Positions 8,956-19,057 are shown, counted from the stretch's first letter. The stretch: 64,000 bases of DNA from an uncultured Pseudomonadota bacterium (GCA_963836235.1 CAWIIP010000002.1:1990120-2054119); one strand, 5' to 3'. Numbers and translations: made by a program. The notes: generated from the letters alone by a model not told the origin.

Positions 8956-10011
8956 ATGGCTGAGATCTCAACCCCAAATCGTATTGTTGTAGCCTGCACT
9001 GACAAACCCGGGAAACTGCTCTTGTCTCTTCCTATTTTTCAGACGCTAAAAAAAGCCTTTCCTCAGGCCAAAATTACGGCCTTCGTCCAGCAGGGTGCGG
9101 AGGGCTTTTTGTTAGGAAATCCCGCCATCGATGCCGTGGAAACCCTGTCGCCAAAACAAAGGTTCTTTCCTTTGGTGGGCCGGTTTCGCCAGTTAGGGGC
9201 GGATATTTTTATTCATGTCACTTCCAGCCATACGCTGGTGCTGGCCGCCTGGCTGGCCAAGATCCCAACACGGATCGGGATGGAATATAAATGGCACGGC
9301 TTTTTCCTCACTCGGTCCGTCAAAATCAACCGGGCGGTCAGTGACCGAAACGAGGTTGAGTACAACTTTGAACTTTTAAAGCCACTTGGCGTAGAAACTT
9401 TTGCCACGAAAACCGAGTTCCCATTGACGGATGCGGATAAAACCGGTGTCCAGGAGATTTTAACCGAAAAAGGAATTGTTCCAGGCGTGCCTTATGTCCT
9501 TGTGCATCCGGGTTCCAAAGGGCACGCCCGACATTGGAAGGCCGAAAGGTATGGGCAATTATTAAATCATTTGTGCCAAATCAAGGGTTTGAGGGTAGTT
9601 GTGACGGCGGAGGCGGACGAAATGGCCCTGGTCTCAGAGGTGACGGCCCTGCTTTATTCGCTCGCTCCTGAGCAAAAACCCGCCATGGTTACTACAGGGG
9701 ATTTAAGCCTGGGAGATTTAGCAGCCCTTTGCCAGGGTGCCCTCTGCCTTTTATCTGGGCCCACGGGGCCCATGCAGCTGGCCGCGGCGGTGGGAACCCC
9801 GACCGTAACCATCTTTTCCCCGGCCCCCGAGGCTACCCCGGTTCGGTGGGGTCCTTGGGGAAATGAGCACACCGTACTCATACCCCAAAATCCAAACTGC
9901 ATGTCCTGCCAGTCCGGCTATTGCAAAAAACATGATCCCATGGACGCCCTGACGGTTCCAGAAGTGTTTGAGGCAATGAAAAAATATATCAATCGAAAAG
10001 TCCCGTTCTAA
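8956..10011 (+). CDS. Glycosyltransferase family 9 (LPS heptosyltransferase-like)
   Basis: HPGS...R.W..ERY; TGPMQLAAAVGTPTVTIF...P.RWGP; C-terminal Cys cluster. Confidence 0.85.
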   Translation: MAEISTPNRIVVACTDKPGKLLLSLPIFQTLKKAFPQAKITAFVQQGAEGFLLGNPAIDAVETLSPKQRFFPLVGRFRQLGADIFIHVTSSHTLVLAAWLAKIPTRIGMEYKWHGFFLTRSVKINRAVSDRNEVEYNFELLKPLGVETFATKTEFPLTDADKTGVQEILTEKGIVPGVPYVLVHPGSKGHARHWKAERYGQLLNHLCQIKGLRVVVTAEADEMALVSEVTALLYSLAPEQKPAMVTTGDLSLGDLAALCQGALCLLSGPTGPMQLAAAVGTPTVTIFSPAPEATPVRWGPWGNEHTVLIPQNPNCMSCQSGYCKKHDPMDALTVPEVFEAMKKYINRKVPF

Positions 10012-10048
10012 TAATTCAAACCAACTTCACCAGGCCGATTTTGATGTT

Positions 10049-10630
10049 TTAGCTCTTTCGTGGGTTACGCTTGATGTCGCCCATGATCAAATAGACCCCT
10101 GACATCACCAGCAATCCGCCGATCCCCGGGCCCTTTAGATGTCCCATGGTTGGGTCCAAATGCAGGTTCATCATGCTCATGAAGCTCACGTTCCAACCGA
10201 TGGCCATCAGGAAACGAAGAGTCCGCTGGGGATCCGTCGATTTCCAACCCCACGCGTAAAGTCCAGCCCCCACCAAGGGACCGATCGGCCCCAGGAAACC
10301 CATATATTTCACTACCAGATCGGCCTGGTTGCCAGCCTTGGAGTCCAAGGCCATCCACATGACACACCAAAGCAAAAGCCAGAATACTGTTAAGGCCGAA
10401 AGGCCATTAAGCAGACGGGCCATTGGTACGGGAGGATTCCGGAAACCCTCCTCGTTCATCATCAACATGGTAAAGCCGACCAGGGCTGGAAAGCCGTAAA
10501 GAAGTACATAGGTCGTCAACATGGGATGGTTTTGGGCCAATAAAGTCTTGAGCGGATCCACCAGCAAAACGCCCGGGGCAAAGAGGAAGCCGAGAATGCC
10601 GAAGCGATAAAAAGTAATTCCAAGTTTCAT
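10049..10630 (-). CDS. Hypothetical membrane protein
   Basis: ~6 hydrophobic segments; GAGGAG RBS on the minus strand. Confidence 0.65.
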   Translation of the reverse strand: MKLGITFYRFGILGFLFAPGVLLVDPLKTLLAQNHPMLTTYVLLYGFPALVGFTMLMMNEEGFRNPPVPMARLLNGLSALTVFWLLLWCVMWMALDSKAGNQADLVVKYMGFLGPIGPLVGAGLYAWGWKSTDPQRTLRFLMAIGWNVSFMSMMNLHLDPTMGHLKGPGIGGLLVMSGVYLIMGDIKRNPRKS

Positions 10631-10944
10631 TTAATTAAGACTCCTCATTTTGTTGGTTCGGTAAAAAGAGAGACGATTCTAAAGCCAACCCTCGATTTGC
10701 GGTCTAAATATTTTTTATATTTTGGTTTAGGTTTGGCAGACGCCAAAGTCATTGCAGCCCATTTTGGGTGGATTAGCGACCGTTTTGGCTTACAAAACCT
10801 GCCTCCCCATTTTTAGGCTGAAATTCCGTTATTTGTATATGTCTACATAAATGTAATCTTATTTTTAATAATTTTACGTTATTTTTATTCTAATTTTAAC
10901 TTCTTGATGAATCTTTTACTTGTTTTTTAAGGTCTTCGATCAGA

Positions 10945-10960
10945 TGGCATAAGCCTTGCT
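10945..10960 (+). promoter_or_regulatory. sigma54 -24/-12 promoter of amt1
   Basis: TGGCATAAGCCTTGCT (GG-N10-GC) preceded by an AT-rich tract. Confidence 0.85.
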
Positions 10961-11092
10961 TTTCAATCCGAGACTGTTGGGGTGAAGGTTGCCCTGAGTT
11001 TGCGTTGGTGAGACCTTCCGTGGCTTGCAGGGTCGAGGCGGCGGAGAGGTTTCAAGTAGTTTTGTTTCTAAATTACTAAGGAGGAAGAGAAT

Positions 11093-12775
11093 ATGTTAGC
11101 CAAAATTCGAAAGATAGGAAGCATGGGGCTTATGCTTTACTACCTTCTGGTGCTTGCCGTACCAGTGGTGGTAAACGCCCAGGCGGCAGCGCCTACCACG
11201 GCGGCTGCTCCCGCAGCGGCAGCAGCCCCGGCAGCGACTCCGGCGCCCCAAGGGCCAGATCCGAACGGGTCGGCCACGGGAGCGATCTCGGACCTGACGG
11301 GATTTAACAGTTTCAAAGACATCAAGAACCCGACGGTTTTGGAATTGGCCGCGGCGGTCGGTCATAACCGGGTCGCCATCAACATCGTTTGGACGTTGGT
11401 GACCGGATATTTAGTCATGTTCATGCAAGCTGGTTTCGCGATGGTGGAAACGGGCATGACCCGCGCCAAGAACGTGAACCATACCATGACGATGAACTTC
11501 ATGATCTATCCCTTCGGGATGCTGGGGTTCTATATTTGCGGTTTCGCTTTCATGTTCGGCGGTTTAGGCGCCTTAGGAACCTTGGGCGGTTACGCCGGGT
11601 TGAGCAATGAAATCACCTGGACCATTATGGGCAAGCCTTTCGGCATGATCGGAAACGTGGGATATTTCCTCACCGGGCCCGCTTATGACGTCGGCGTTTT
11701 CTGCTTGTTCCTCTTCCAGATGGTGTTCATGGATACCACGGCCACCATCCCGACGGGAGCCATGGCGGAACGATGGAAATGGTCGGCCTTCTGTCTCTAT
11801 GGTTGCGCTATTGGAACCATCATGTATCCCGTATTTGGTAACTGGGTCTGGGGCGGCGGCTGGCTCTCGCAGTTAGGGGTCAACTTCGGCTTGGGCCATG
11901 GGTATACCGACTTCGCCGGCTCTACCGTTGTTCATATGCAGGGCGGTGTGATCGCAATGGTCGGAGCATGGATCCTCGGTCCCCGCATCGGAAAATACAA
12001 CAAAAATGGCTCGGCCAACACCATCCCGGCGCATAACATGCCGATGGCGATCGCTGGCTGCTTTATCCTGGCCTTTGGCTGGTTCGGGTTCAACCCCGGC
12101 TCCACCTTGGCTGGCGCGGACCTTCGCATCTCGGTCGTGGCGGTCAACACCATGTTGGCTTCCGCCTGGGGCGCAATGGCTTCCATGCTTTGGATCTGGT
12201 TTGTTCGCGGTAACAAGCCCGACCCAGGAATGATGGTGAACGGAATGTTGGCTGGGCTGGTGGCTATTACTGGCCCCTCAGCCTTCGTGAGCGCCACCGG
12301 AGCTTCCATCCTTGGATTTATCTCGGGCATTCTCGTTGTCGAGAGCTGTTTTTTCGTGGAGCGAGTGCTCAAACTGGACGATCCAGTCGGAGCCATCTCT
12401 GTTCACGGCACCAACGGCGCCTGGGGATGTATTTCCCTCGGATTGTTCGCCGACGGTACCTACGGACAGGGTTGGAACGGGGTTGGAGCCGATAAGTACT
12501 TGGGTACTTCGGCTGCGGCCAACAACTTGAAAGGTGTCACCGGCTTGTTTTACGGAGACTCTTCACAGTTGATAGCTCAAATTATCGGGGTGGCGGTTTG
12601 TTTCGTCACCTTGGCCGTCTTGGCCTGGATCGTGTTCATGGTTGTCGAGAAGACGATCGGAAACCGCGTCAGTCCCGAGACAGAAATCGAGGGCTTGGAT
12701 ATCCCCGAAATGGGGTCCTATGGATACTGCGGTATCAAGATGGACAAGGCCTCCGAGAACATCACCTCTCATTAA
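11093..12775 (+). CDS. amtB: Ammonium transporter (Amt family) with signal peptide and Ala/Pro linker
   Basis: FMQAGFAMVE, GAMAERW, DFAGSTVVH, WFGFNPGS, DDPVGAISVHG; both pore His present. Confidence 0.95.
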   Translation: MLAKIRKIGSMGLMLYYLLVLAVPVVVNAQAAAPTTAAAPAAAAAPAATPAPQGPDPNGSATGAISDLTGFNSFKDIKNPTVLELAAAVGHNRVAINIVWTLVTGYLVMFMQAGFAMVETGMTRAKNVNHTMTMNFMIYPFGMLGFYICGFAFMFGGLGALGTLGGYAGLSNEITWTIMGKPFGMIGNVGYFLTGPAYDVGVFCLFLFQMVFMDTTATIPTGAMAERWKWSAFCLYGCAIGTIMYPVFGNWVWGGGWLSQLGVNFGLGHGYTDFAGSTVVHMQGGVIAMVGAWILGPRIGKYNKNGSANTIPAHNMPMAIAGCFILAFGWFGFNPGSTLAGADLRISVVAVNTMLASAWGAMASMLWIWFVRGNKPDPGMMVNGMLAGLVAITGPSAFVSATGASILGFISGILVVESCFFVERVLKLDDPVGAISVHGTNGAWGCISLGLFADGTYGQGWNGVGADKYLGTSAAANNLKGVTGLFYGDSSQLIAQIIGVAVCFVTLAVLAWIVFMVVEKTIGNRVSPETEIEGLDIPEMGSYGYCGIKMDKASENITSH

Positions 12776-12803
12776 TTCGATTAGCTTGTTAAGATGATGA
12801 ACC

Positions 12804-12833
12804 GAAAAAGTCCCCTTTTCAGGGGACTTTTTC
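12804..12833 (+). terminator. Intrinsic terminator between amt1 and PII
   Basis: GAAAAAGTCCCCT-TTTC-AGGGGACTTTTTC perfect hairpin. Confidence 0.75.
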
Positions 12834-12950
12834 ATATTCCGGCTACCAGGAGATGATTGATCCTTTGGCCTGAATATGAAAAAGTAAGGATGAGTCAAAG
12901 AGTCGTATCCTTCGGTTGATTTTTATTTCCTTAATGGAAAAGGAGCCTTT

Positions 12951-13292
12951 GTGAAAAAGATAGAAGCGATTATTCGGCCCGACAAGTTTGACAGCGTCAA
13001 GAAGGCCCTGGAAGACGCGGGTTATACCGGCGTGACCCTCACCGAGGTGGAAGGTCACGGCAAGCAGAAAGGGCTTTCCCAGCAGTTTCGGGGATACAAG
13101 TATAAGGTCGAGTTTTTGCCTAAATTGAAGTTGGAGATCGTGGCGCCCAGCGCCGATATCGAGAAGTTGGTCAAAGCCATCATTACCAGCGCCTCGACGG
13201 GCCAGGTGGGGGACGGCAAGATATTTGTTTATAACATTGACGAGGCTTATCGTATCAGCAGCGGGGAAGCGGGGGACATCGCCGTTTCGTAA
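12951..13292 (+). CDS. glnK: PII nitrogen regulator (canonical T-loop, Tyr51 equivalent present)
   Basis: MKKIEAIIRP, GHGKQKG...FRGYKYKVEFLPK, GDGKIFV; downstream of amt. Confidence 0.9.
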   Translation: MKKIEAIIRPDKFDSVKKALEDAGYTGVTLTEVEGHGKQKGLSQQFRGYKYKVEFLPKLKLEIVAPSADIEKLVKAIITSASTGQVGDGKIFVYNIDEAYRISSGEAGDIAVS

Positions 13293-13316
13293 AAGCTTTC
13301 CCTCCCGGGTGAATGT

Positions 13317-13354
13317 GGGGGGTTAACCCGCTTAAGGTTAACCTCCTTTTTTTT
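13317..13354 (+). terminator. Intrinsic terminator
   Basis: GGGGGGTTAACC...GGTTAACCTCC followed by a T8 tract. Confidence 0.7.
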
Positions 13355-13404
13355 GAAACCGAATAGGGTTGGAACCATCAAGACATCAAGGGCATCAGAA
13401 CAAA

Positions 13405-13743
13405 ATGAAAAAAATTGAGGCGATTATCCAACCGGGGAAGGTGGATGAGGTCATCGCGGCCTTGGATGCCGCCGGTTATCCGGGATTGACCCTGACCGAG
13501 GTCAAGGGTCACGGGAAGCAAAAGGGCATCACGCAGAATTGGCTGGGCCGTATGATCAAAACAGATTTGATCCCGAAGATGAAACTGGAAGTCGTGGCGC
13601 TGGACGAAGAAGCCGAAAAACTCGTGAAGGCGATCCTGGCGGCGGCCAAGACGGGGAAGACGGGCGATGGAAAGATCTTTGTGCGTAAAGTCGACCAGGC
13701 CTACCGTATCCGGGACGGGGCGCTAGGCGATGAAGTCATCTAA
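13405..13743 (+). CDS. PII family protein (divergent T-loop)
   Basis: MKKIEAIIQPGK, GHGKQKG, TGKTGDGKIFV; T-loop NWLGRMIK lacks Tyr. Confidence 0.9.
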   Translation: MKKIEAIIQPGKVDEVIAALDAAGYPGLTLTEVKGHGKQKGITQNWLGRMIKTDLIPKMKLEVVALDEEAEKLVKAILAAAKTGKTGDGKIFVRKVDQAYRIRDGALGDEVI

Positions 13744-13787
13744 TAAAGGTGTTTATCCAATCCAGCATTAGAAGTGAAAGGCCGATC

Positions 13788-15149
13788 ATGAACGCGATGG
13801 CTTACTGGCAGCAAATGGGATGGGGGACGGCGGCGCTTCATTTCCTGCCCTTTTTCCTGCTCCTCTTTTTCATCGCAGTATTGCCCTTCATCCCCTTTAC
13901 TGCGGGTTGGTGGGAGCATGTGCGAAACAAGTTTCTCACGGCTGCGGTCTGTGCGGGGGCCGGTATATTCCTCTATGTTCATCCCACTGGCGATTTCGCC
14001 AAGGTTCTGGACACCTACCTGGACTATCTGGCCTTCCTAGTCTTGTTGGGTTCGCTCTTTACGGTGGCGGGGGGCATCCATATCACGGGGGCTTTCGCGG
14101 GCCTTCCTTACATCAACACAATTTTTTTAGGCCTGGGCGCCGTCCTCTCCAGCTTCCTGGGCACTACGGGCGCCAGTATGGTGCTGATTAGGCCGCTGCT
14201 TCGCGCCAATCAATTCAGGCGACACAAGTCCCATGTCATCGTCTTTTTCATCTTCATCGTCTCCAACTGTGGCGGTCTCCTGACTCCCTTGGGGGACCCG
14301 CCCCTCTACCTGGGCTTCCTGAAGGGTGTCCCATTCTGGTGGACTTTTTACCGTTTGATACCTATCTGGGCCCTGACCCTGCTGATCCTTCTTTTTATTT
14401 TCCACCTGATTGACGACCGGATCTTCGACAACGAGGAAACTCATGTCAGGGGTTCGTTGATCCAGACCATCCAGGAGGCCAAACAACCCATCCATATTGA
14501 AGGGTGGGCCAATGTCTTTTGCCTGGGAGGTATCTTGACCACGGTCATGCTTTCGGGCTACTCGTTGAATCCCTATTTGGAGGCCCATTGCGGGACCTGG
14601 GCCTCGGCTCTGTCGAGGCTGATCCAAATCGTGGTAATGCTGGTTTTTGCCATTGTTTCCTATAAGAGAACTCCCCTGGTGATCCATGAGGAAAATCAGT
14701 TCGGCTTCGGCCCCATCATTGAGGTAGCGGTGCTCTTTTTTGGCATTTTCGGGGCCATGATTCCCGCCCTAACCCTGCTGGAGGCTAAAGGACAGACCAT
14801 CGCTATCACCCATCCCTGGGCCTATTTCTGGCTTTCGGGGTTCTTGAGCAGTTTCCTGGACAATGCGCCGACTTACCTGAGCTACGCATCGCTGGCGGCA
14901 GGCCAGCACGGCCTTTCGACGGCCCATTTGGGAGACTTAGCGAATCAATATCCGCAGATACTTGCGGCCATATCCTGCGGGTCGGTCTTTATGGGGGCCA
15001 ATAGCTATATCGGCAATGGACCGAATTTCATGGTGCGCGCCATTGCCGAGCAAGCTCGCGTGAAGATGCCTTCTTTCGGTGGCTACATGCTTTGGTCCGG
15101 AGCGATCCTCATCCCCGTTTTCATCCTCATGACCTTTATTTTCTTCTGA
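13788..15149 (+). CDS. IT-superfamily transporter (putative Na+:H+ antiporter / CitMHS_2-like)
   Basis: GTTGASMVLIRP, SNCGGLLTPLGDPPL, SSFLDNAPTY, YIGNGPNFMV, MPSFGGY. Confidence 0.85.
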   Translation: MNAMAYWQQMGWGTAALHFLPFFLLLFFIAVLPFIPFTAGWWEHVRNKFLTAAVCAGAGIFLYVHPTGDFAKVLDTYLDYLAFLVLLGSLFTVAGGIHITGAFAGLPYINTIFLGLGAVLSSFLGTTGASMVLIRPLLRANQFRRHKSHVIVFFIFIVSNCGGLLTPLGDPPLYLGFLKGVPFWWTFYRLIPIWALTLLILLFIFHLIDDRIFDNEETHVRGSLIQTIQEAKQPIHIEGWANVFCLGGILTTVMLSGYSLNPYLEAHCGTWASALSRLIQIVVMLVFAIVSYKRTPLVIHEENQFGFGPIIEVAVLFFGIFGAMIPALTLLEAKGQTIAITHPWAYFWLSGFLSSFLDNAPTYLSYASLAAGQHGLSTAHLGDLANQYPQILAAISCGSVFMGANSYIGNGPNFMVRAIAEQARVKMPSFGGYMLWSGAILIPVFILMTFIFF

Positions 15150-15546
15150 TCAAACTGGGTCTTTGGTTAGTTTAATTTGGAGACCATGCTTTAACTTTTC
15201 CAAATTTTATTGAACCTGTCGGATTGAATTCTTGTATTTTTTTTCACCGTTGTGGGCCACCTTGGTGTTAATTGTAGGGACTCAGATAATTGGGTAAGGT
15301 GTCTCTCTAAGCCGGGGAAACCGAATCGCTGAGTTTGGTTCTCTTTTTTAATTCACCGGTGTTTATCATTTTCATTTGTTTAGCCCCTCAAGAAAATTTC
15401 GATTTGAGAGCTAAAAAAGCTTCTTCAAAAATGTTACAAAATTGTATTTATTCCTTATTAATGTAGCGCTTTACGTTATTGGATTTTTACCACATTAAAA
15501 AAGCCTTATTTTTGAAAGCTTTTTACACAAATTTTTTATTGGTAAA

Positions 15547-15562
15547 TGGCATAAGGCTTGCT
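15547..15562 (+). promoter_or_regulatory. sigma54 -24/-12 promoter of the porin gene
   Basis: TGGCATAAGGCTTGCT, 15/16 identical to the amt1 promoter. Confidence 0.85.
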
Positions 15563-15661
15563 CTTCATAATCCCATCTGTTATGAAGTTGAAGGTTTTTC
15601 GGCGCTGCGGTTTGTCCCTGACAAGCCGAAGAGCCAATGAAGGTAAATACTCAAGGAGGAA

Positions 15662-16819
15662 GTGATGAGAAAGACAATCAAGCTGTTCAGTTTCTTGGCC
15701 TCGTTCGCTTTGGCCGGTAGTCTCGCTCCGGTGATGGCGCAAACGGCGGCTGCAACACCGGCGGCAACGGCTGCGGCGGCAACGCCGACTGCGGTTCCGA
15801 CACCGGCGGTGACAGTGGATGGGTTGGTGGATACGTACTTCTCGTACAATTTCAACAATCCGAGTAGCAATCCATATGCGGGTAACAATTCGTATTGGTA
15901 CAACAGCGCTAGCAGTTCCTATACCTTAGGATTGGCTGAGGTCAAGGTTGCCGCCACCCAAGGCGCAGCCAGCGCCCATGTGGTTTTGGCCTATGGTGAG
16001 GAAGGGGGCCTTGGTCCCATTGGTGGGAGTGGGCCGAATGTTTTGCAGGCTTATGTGTCCTACAATCCGGGACAATGGACTTTTAATTTCGGCCGTATGG
16101 CTACCTGGATGGGATACGAAGTGATTGAAAGTCCCAGCAACGCGAACTACAGCCATTCTATATTGTTTGGAGCCCTTCCCTACTGGGACACCGGTCTCAG
16201 CGTGAATTTTGCGCCAAGCAGTACTTTTAACGCCACTTTCTACGCTATGGACGGGTGGAGCAATGATACGTTTGCTACCGGGTTGGGCGAAACGCTTGGA
16301 CTGGAAGCCGTTATCACACCTAACTCCATGTGGGGCATTACCTTGAATGGAATTTTGTCTCCATACACCATGAGTCCTACCGAAGATATTGTTACCGTGG
16401 AAGGCATTGTCACCTATAAGCCAGACTCTACTTGGTCTTTCGCTGTGGACGGGCAGTTTGGAACTTATGGAGTCGCTTCGGGAACAGCACCCAGCTACTT
16501 TGGAGTTGCCTTGTACGGCAAATATCAAATCCAGAGCGATTGGGACGTGGCTCTTCGACTGGAATACGTGAACGATTCGGATGATGACGCCATCAATCTT
16601 TATGGAAATGATCCGTATCCGTATTCCTTGGCTGGCAAGGCTTTCACTGGCGACGAGGTTACTTTGACTCTCGAGCATGATTTCATGCCAAACTTGATTG
16701 CCCGTTTGGAAGGCCGCATGGATATGGCCAGCTATAACGGAGCTGCGGCTGATGTGTTCGATGCCGGCACTAGTTCCAGCCAGGCTACCGCCACCGCCAG
16801 CATGGCTTACACGTTTTAA
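15662..16819 (+). CDS. Outer-membrane beta-barrel porin (BBP2/OmpL-like family)
   Basis: Signal peptide; VDGLVDTYFSYNFN, GRMATWMGYEVIES..NANYS.S; C-terminal YTF. Confidence 0.8.
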   Translation: MMRKTIKLFSFLASFALAGSLAPVMAQTAAATPAATAAAATPTAVPTPAVTVDGLVDTYFSYNFNNPSSNPYAGNNSYWYNSASSSYTLGLAEVKVAATQGAASAHVVLAYGEEGGLGPIGGSGPNVLQAYVSYNPGQWTFNFGRMATWMGYEVIESPSNANYSHSILFGALPYWDTGLSVNFAPSSTFNATFYAMDGWSNDTFATGLGETLGLEAVITPNSMWGITLNGILSPYTMSPTEDIVTVEGIVTYKPDSTWSFAVDGQFGTYGVASGTAPSYFGVALYGKYQIQSDWDVALRLEYVNDSDDDAINLYGNDPYPYSLAGKAFTGDEVTLTLEHDFMPNLIARLEGRMDMASYNGAAADVFDAGTSSSQATATASMAYTF

Positions 16820-16926
16820 GGTTTGATTGAGGATCTCCTTGCCCAGCCTTGTGGCTGGGCTTAGAGGTTTGAGTGGGAAAAAGGTTTAGTGTTCGGATAA
16901 CTTAACTTCTCTCTCTCCTCCGGTTT

Positions 16927-16969
16927 GCAGCAGGGGGGCTGACCCGGCCAAGGTTAGCCCCTTTGTTGT
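16927..16969 (+). terminator. Hairpin/terminator after the porin gene
   Basis: GCAGCAGGGGGGCTGACC...GGTTAGCCCCTTTGTTGT. Confidence 0.55.
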
Positions 16970-17069
16970 TTCTAAAGGCAGCCATTTACGGGTAGCGGTT
17001 GGTATTAGCCAAAAAGAAAAGCTAAAAACCAGCGGCTAACCGCCAATCGCTCAATTTAGGAGTTAAGTA

Positions 17070-17441
17070 ATGTGGAAAATCGAAGCGATTATCCGGCCTG
17101 AAAAACTAGAAGACGTCCAATCGCGCCTAAGCCGGATTGGATATCCGGGAATGATGGTCACCGAAATGGAGGGACATGGCCGGCAAAAGGGGCTTCACGC
17201 CGACTGGCCTCAGGGCATGAGGGTCAATTTTCTTCCCAAAACGAAGATGGAAATCGTAGTGGAGAACAAGGATAAGAAAAAGGTTCTCAAAGCTATTATG
17301 CTATCGGCCCACACTGGGGAACCGGGTGATGGGAAGATATTCATTTCCGAAGTAAAGGATGTTATCCGCATTCGGACCGGGGAACGGGGTACGAAGGCCC
17401 TTTCCAAAAAAGAGACGGCCAAAAGTGTTAGCCGCAGATAA
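17070..17441 (+). CDS. PII family protein (short T-loop, basic C-terminal tail)
   Basis: MWKIEAIIRPEK, GHGRQKG, TGEPGDGKIFI, RIRTGE. Confidence 0.9.
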   Translation: MWKIEAIIRPEKLEDVQSRLSRIGYPGMMVTEMEGHGRQKGLHADWPQGMRVNFLPKTKMEIVVENKDKKKVLKAIMLSAHTGEPGDGKIFISEVKDVIRIRTGERGTKALSKKETAKSVSRR

Positions 17442-17625
17442 ATATGGATTTCCGCCGATTACAAATCACTTTTCCCAGACGTCAAACCACTAAGCAGAAT
17501 GTTTGTTTTTTCTTATTTGAGCGCATTCATGCGTCTAAATTAGCGGCTAGGTTTTTCAACAGTTTTCTTTTAATGAGCTTTTTAGTACCATACAACTTCT
17601 TCCAACTCTTTTCCGGAGGCTATAA

Positions 17626-18075
17626 ATGGCCGATTATCCGACACCCTACGTGTTCGTTTACGACGTTTTCTTAAAGGATGCCGTTAAGCATATTCAAATC
17701 GCCCCTTACGTGAAAACCTGGGTCCGGGCCGAGATGCCGGGAAAGTTGTATCAGCTCCCCACGGGCCTTCCGATAGTCGTGGAAGAAGAGGGGGGTAAAG
17801 TTTTCGGAGAAGTTATGACTTTTGAAGATATGGATGAGGTAATGGTAATCATCGATTCCCAGGAAGGCTACCGGGCGGACGCCCCACAAAATAGCCGCCT
17901 TTTAAGGGAAACCCGGGAAGTGACCTTATCTTCTACCGGCGAAAAGGTTAAAGCCATGGTTTATCTCTTTCCCAAGGAAAAATTCAACGCCAAGGATATG
18001 TACGCGGTTTTTGCCCATGGGGGCGACTGGCGCAAGTTTGTCATGATGCCGAGGTTTGACGGGTATCAACATTGA
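17626..18075 (+). CDS. Gamma-glutamylcyclotransferase (GGACT/AIG2)-like protein, divergent
   Basis: VFVY..., GKLYQL..GLP, KVFGEV, ID..EGY, AMVY and GDW pattern. Confidence 0.6.
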   Translation: MADYPTPYVFVYDVFLKDAVKHIQIAPYVKTWVRAEMPGKLYQLPTGLPIVVEEEGGKVFGEVMTFEDMDEVMVIIDSQEGYRADAPQNSRLLRETREVTLSSTGEKVKAMVYLFPKEKFNAKDMYAVFAHGGDWRKFVMMPRFDGYQH

Positions 18076-18112
18076 GTTGATTTTAAGCCTTGATATTGAG
18101 TTCCTCATTTCG

Positions 18113-18146
18113 AAAGGAGCGCGGAAACCGCGCTCCTTTTTATTTT
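18113..18146 (+). terminator. Intrinsic terminator
   Basis: AAAGGAGCGCG-GAAAC-CGCGCTCCTTTT. Confidence 0.8.
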
Positions 18147-18265
18147 GAGATAGGTTACGAACTTCATTCGAAAAGCCATCGTCATTAAATAACTCCGGAA
18201 ACGAAATGGAAGTTTCGCTTCGCCTCCTCTAAAATGACCCTTCTTTTAATCCAGCCGGGGGTCGC

Positions 18266-19057
18266 ATGGTTTCCAAGATTACCTTTCTTTATTTCGGTTT
18301 CATGGCTTGGGGATGTCTAGCCCTTTTGCCAATCGTGAAACTTCAGGAAATAGGACAGGGTTTTTACCGCTTTTTTGGGTTTTTATGCGTGACTCTGGAT
18401 ACCCTGGCTCTTGGGTTGGCAATTTTCAGTGGGCCGGATTTTGACGTTCATTTCCATCATGCCGCCTGGGCCCTGGGTATATCCCTCTTTTTCACCCTTT
18501 GTTTTACCATCGCTTTGAAGGTGAGAGTCCGTTGGTTTTTGTGGGTTTGCTATTGGCTGGCAGTTGTAAGCGGAGGGTGCGCCATCGGGTTTTATCCCTG
18601 GCAGGCCGGGGACGGCCCACGGCTCCTTCTTTTCCACGCGGTCTGCTCGAGCCTTCTTTTAGGATCGGGGATCCTTGCCATGATGCTGGGCCATTGGTAC
18701 CTGGTCACTCCCAAACTTTCCATCACCCCCTTGAAGCGTTACTCGGGCGCCTATATCCTTCTGACGGTTTTAACAGCTTTGGAATTGGCGGCTAGTTACC
18801 TCTTATATGTAGGATTTGGATCGGAACCTTCCACACCTTTGGGAGCCCATCTCATTCATGAAGAAGTGATATTCACCCTTTTTCGGGTGGCTTGGGGAAT
18901 CATCCCGCCTTTGGGAATGGCCTATTGGATATGGGAAACGGTACGGATGAAATCCACCCAGTCCGCGACCGGAATCCTTTACGCCGCGATGGTCTGTACC
19001 ATCATCGGCGAGGGTATGGGGCTTTATTTGACAATCCAAACGGGGGTTCCTTTTTAA
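18266..19057 (+). CDS. Conserved-type multi-TM hypothetical protein
   Basis: ~8 TM; AMMLGHWYL and STQSATGILY motifs. Confidence 0.7.
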   Translation: MVSKITFLYFGFMAWGCLALLPIVKLQEIGQGFYRFFGFLCVTLDTLALGLAIFSGPDFDVHFHHAAWALGISLFFTLCFTIALKVRVRWFLWVCYWLAVVSGGCAIGFYPWQAGDGPRLLLFHAVCSSLLLGSGILAMMLGHWYLVTPKLSITPLKRYSGAYILLTVLTALELAASYLLYVGFGSEPSTPLGAHLIHEEVIFTLFRVAWGIIPPLGMAYWIWETVRMKSTQSATGILYAAMVCTIIGEGMGLYLTIQTGVPF

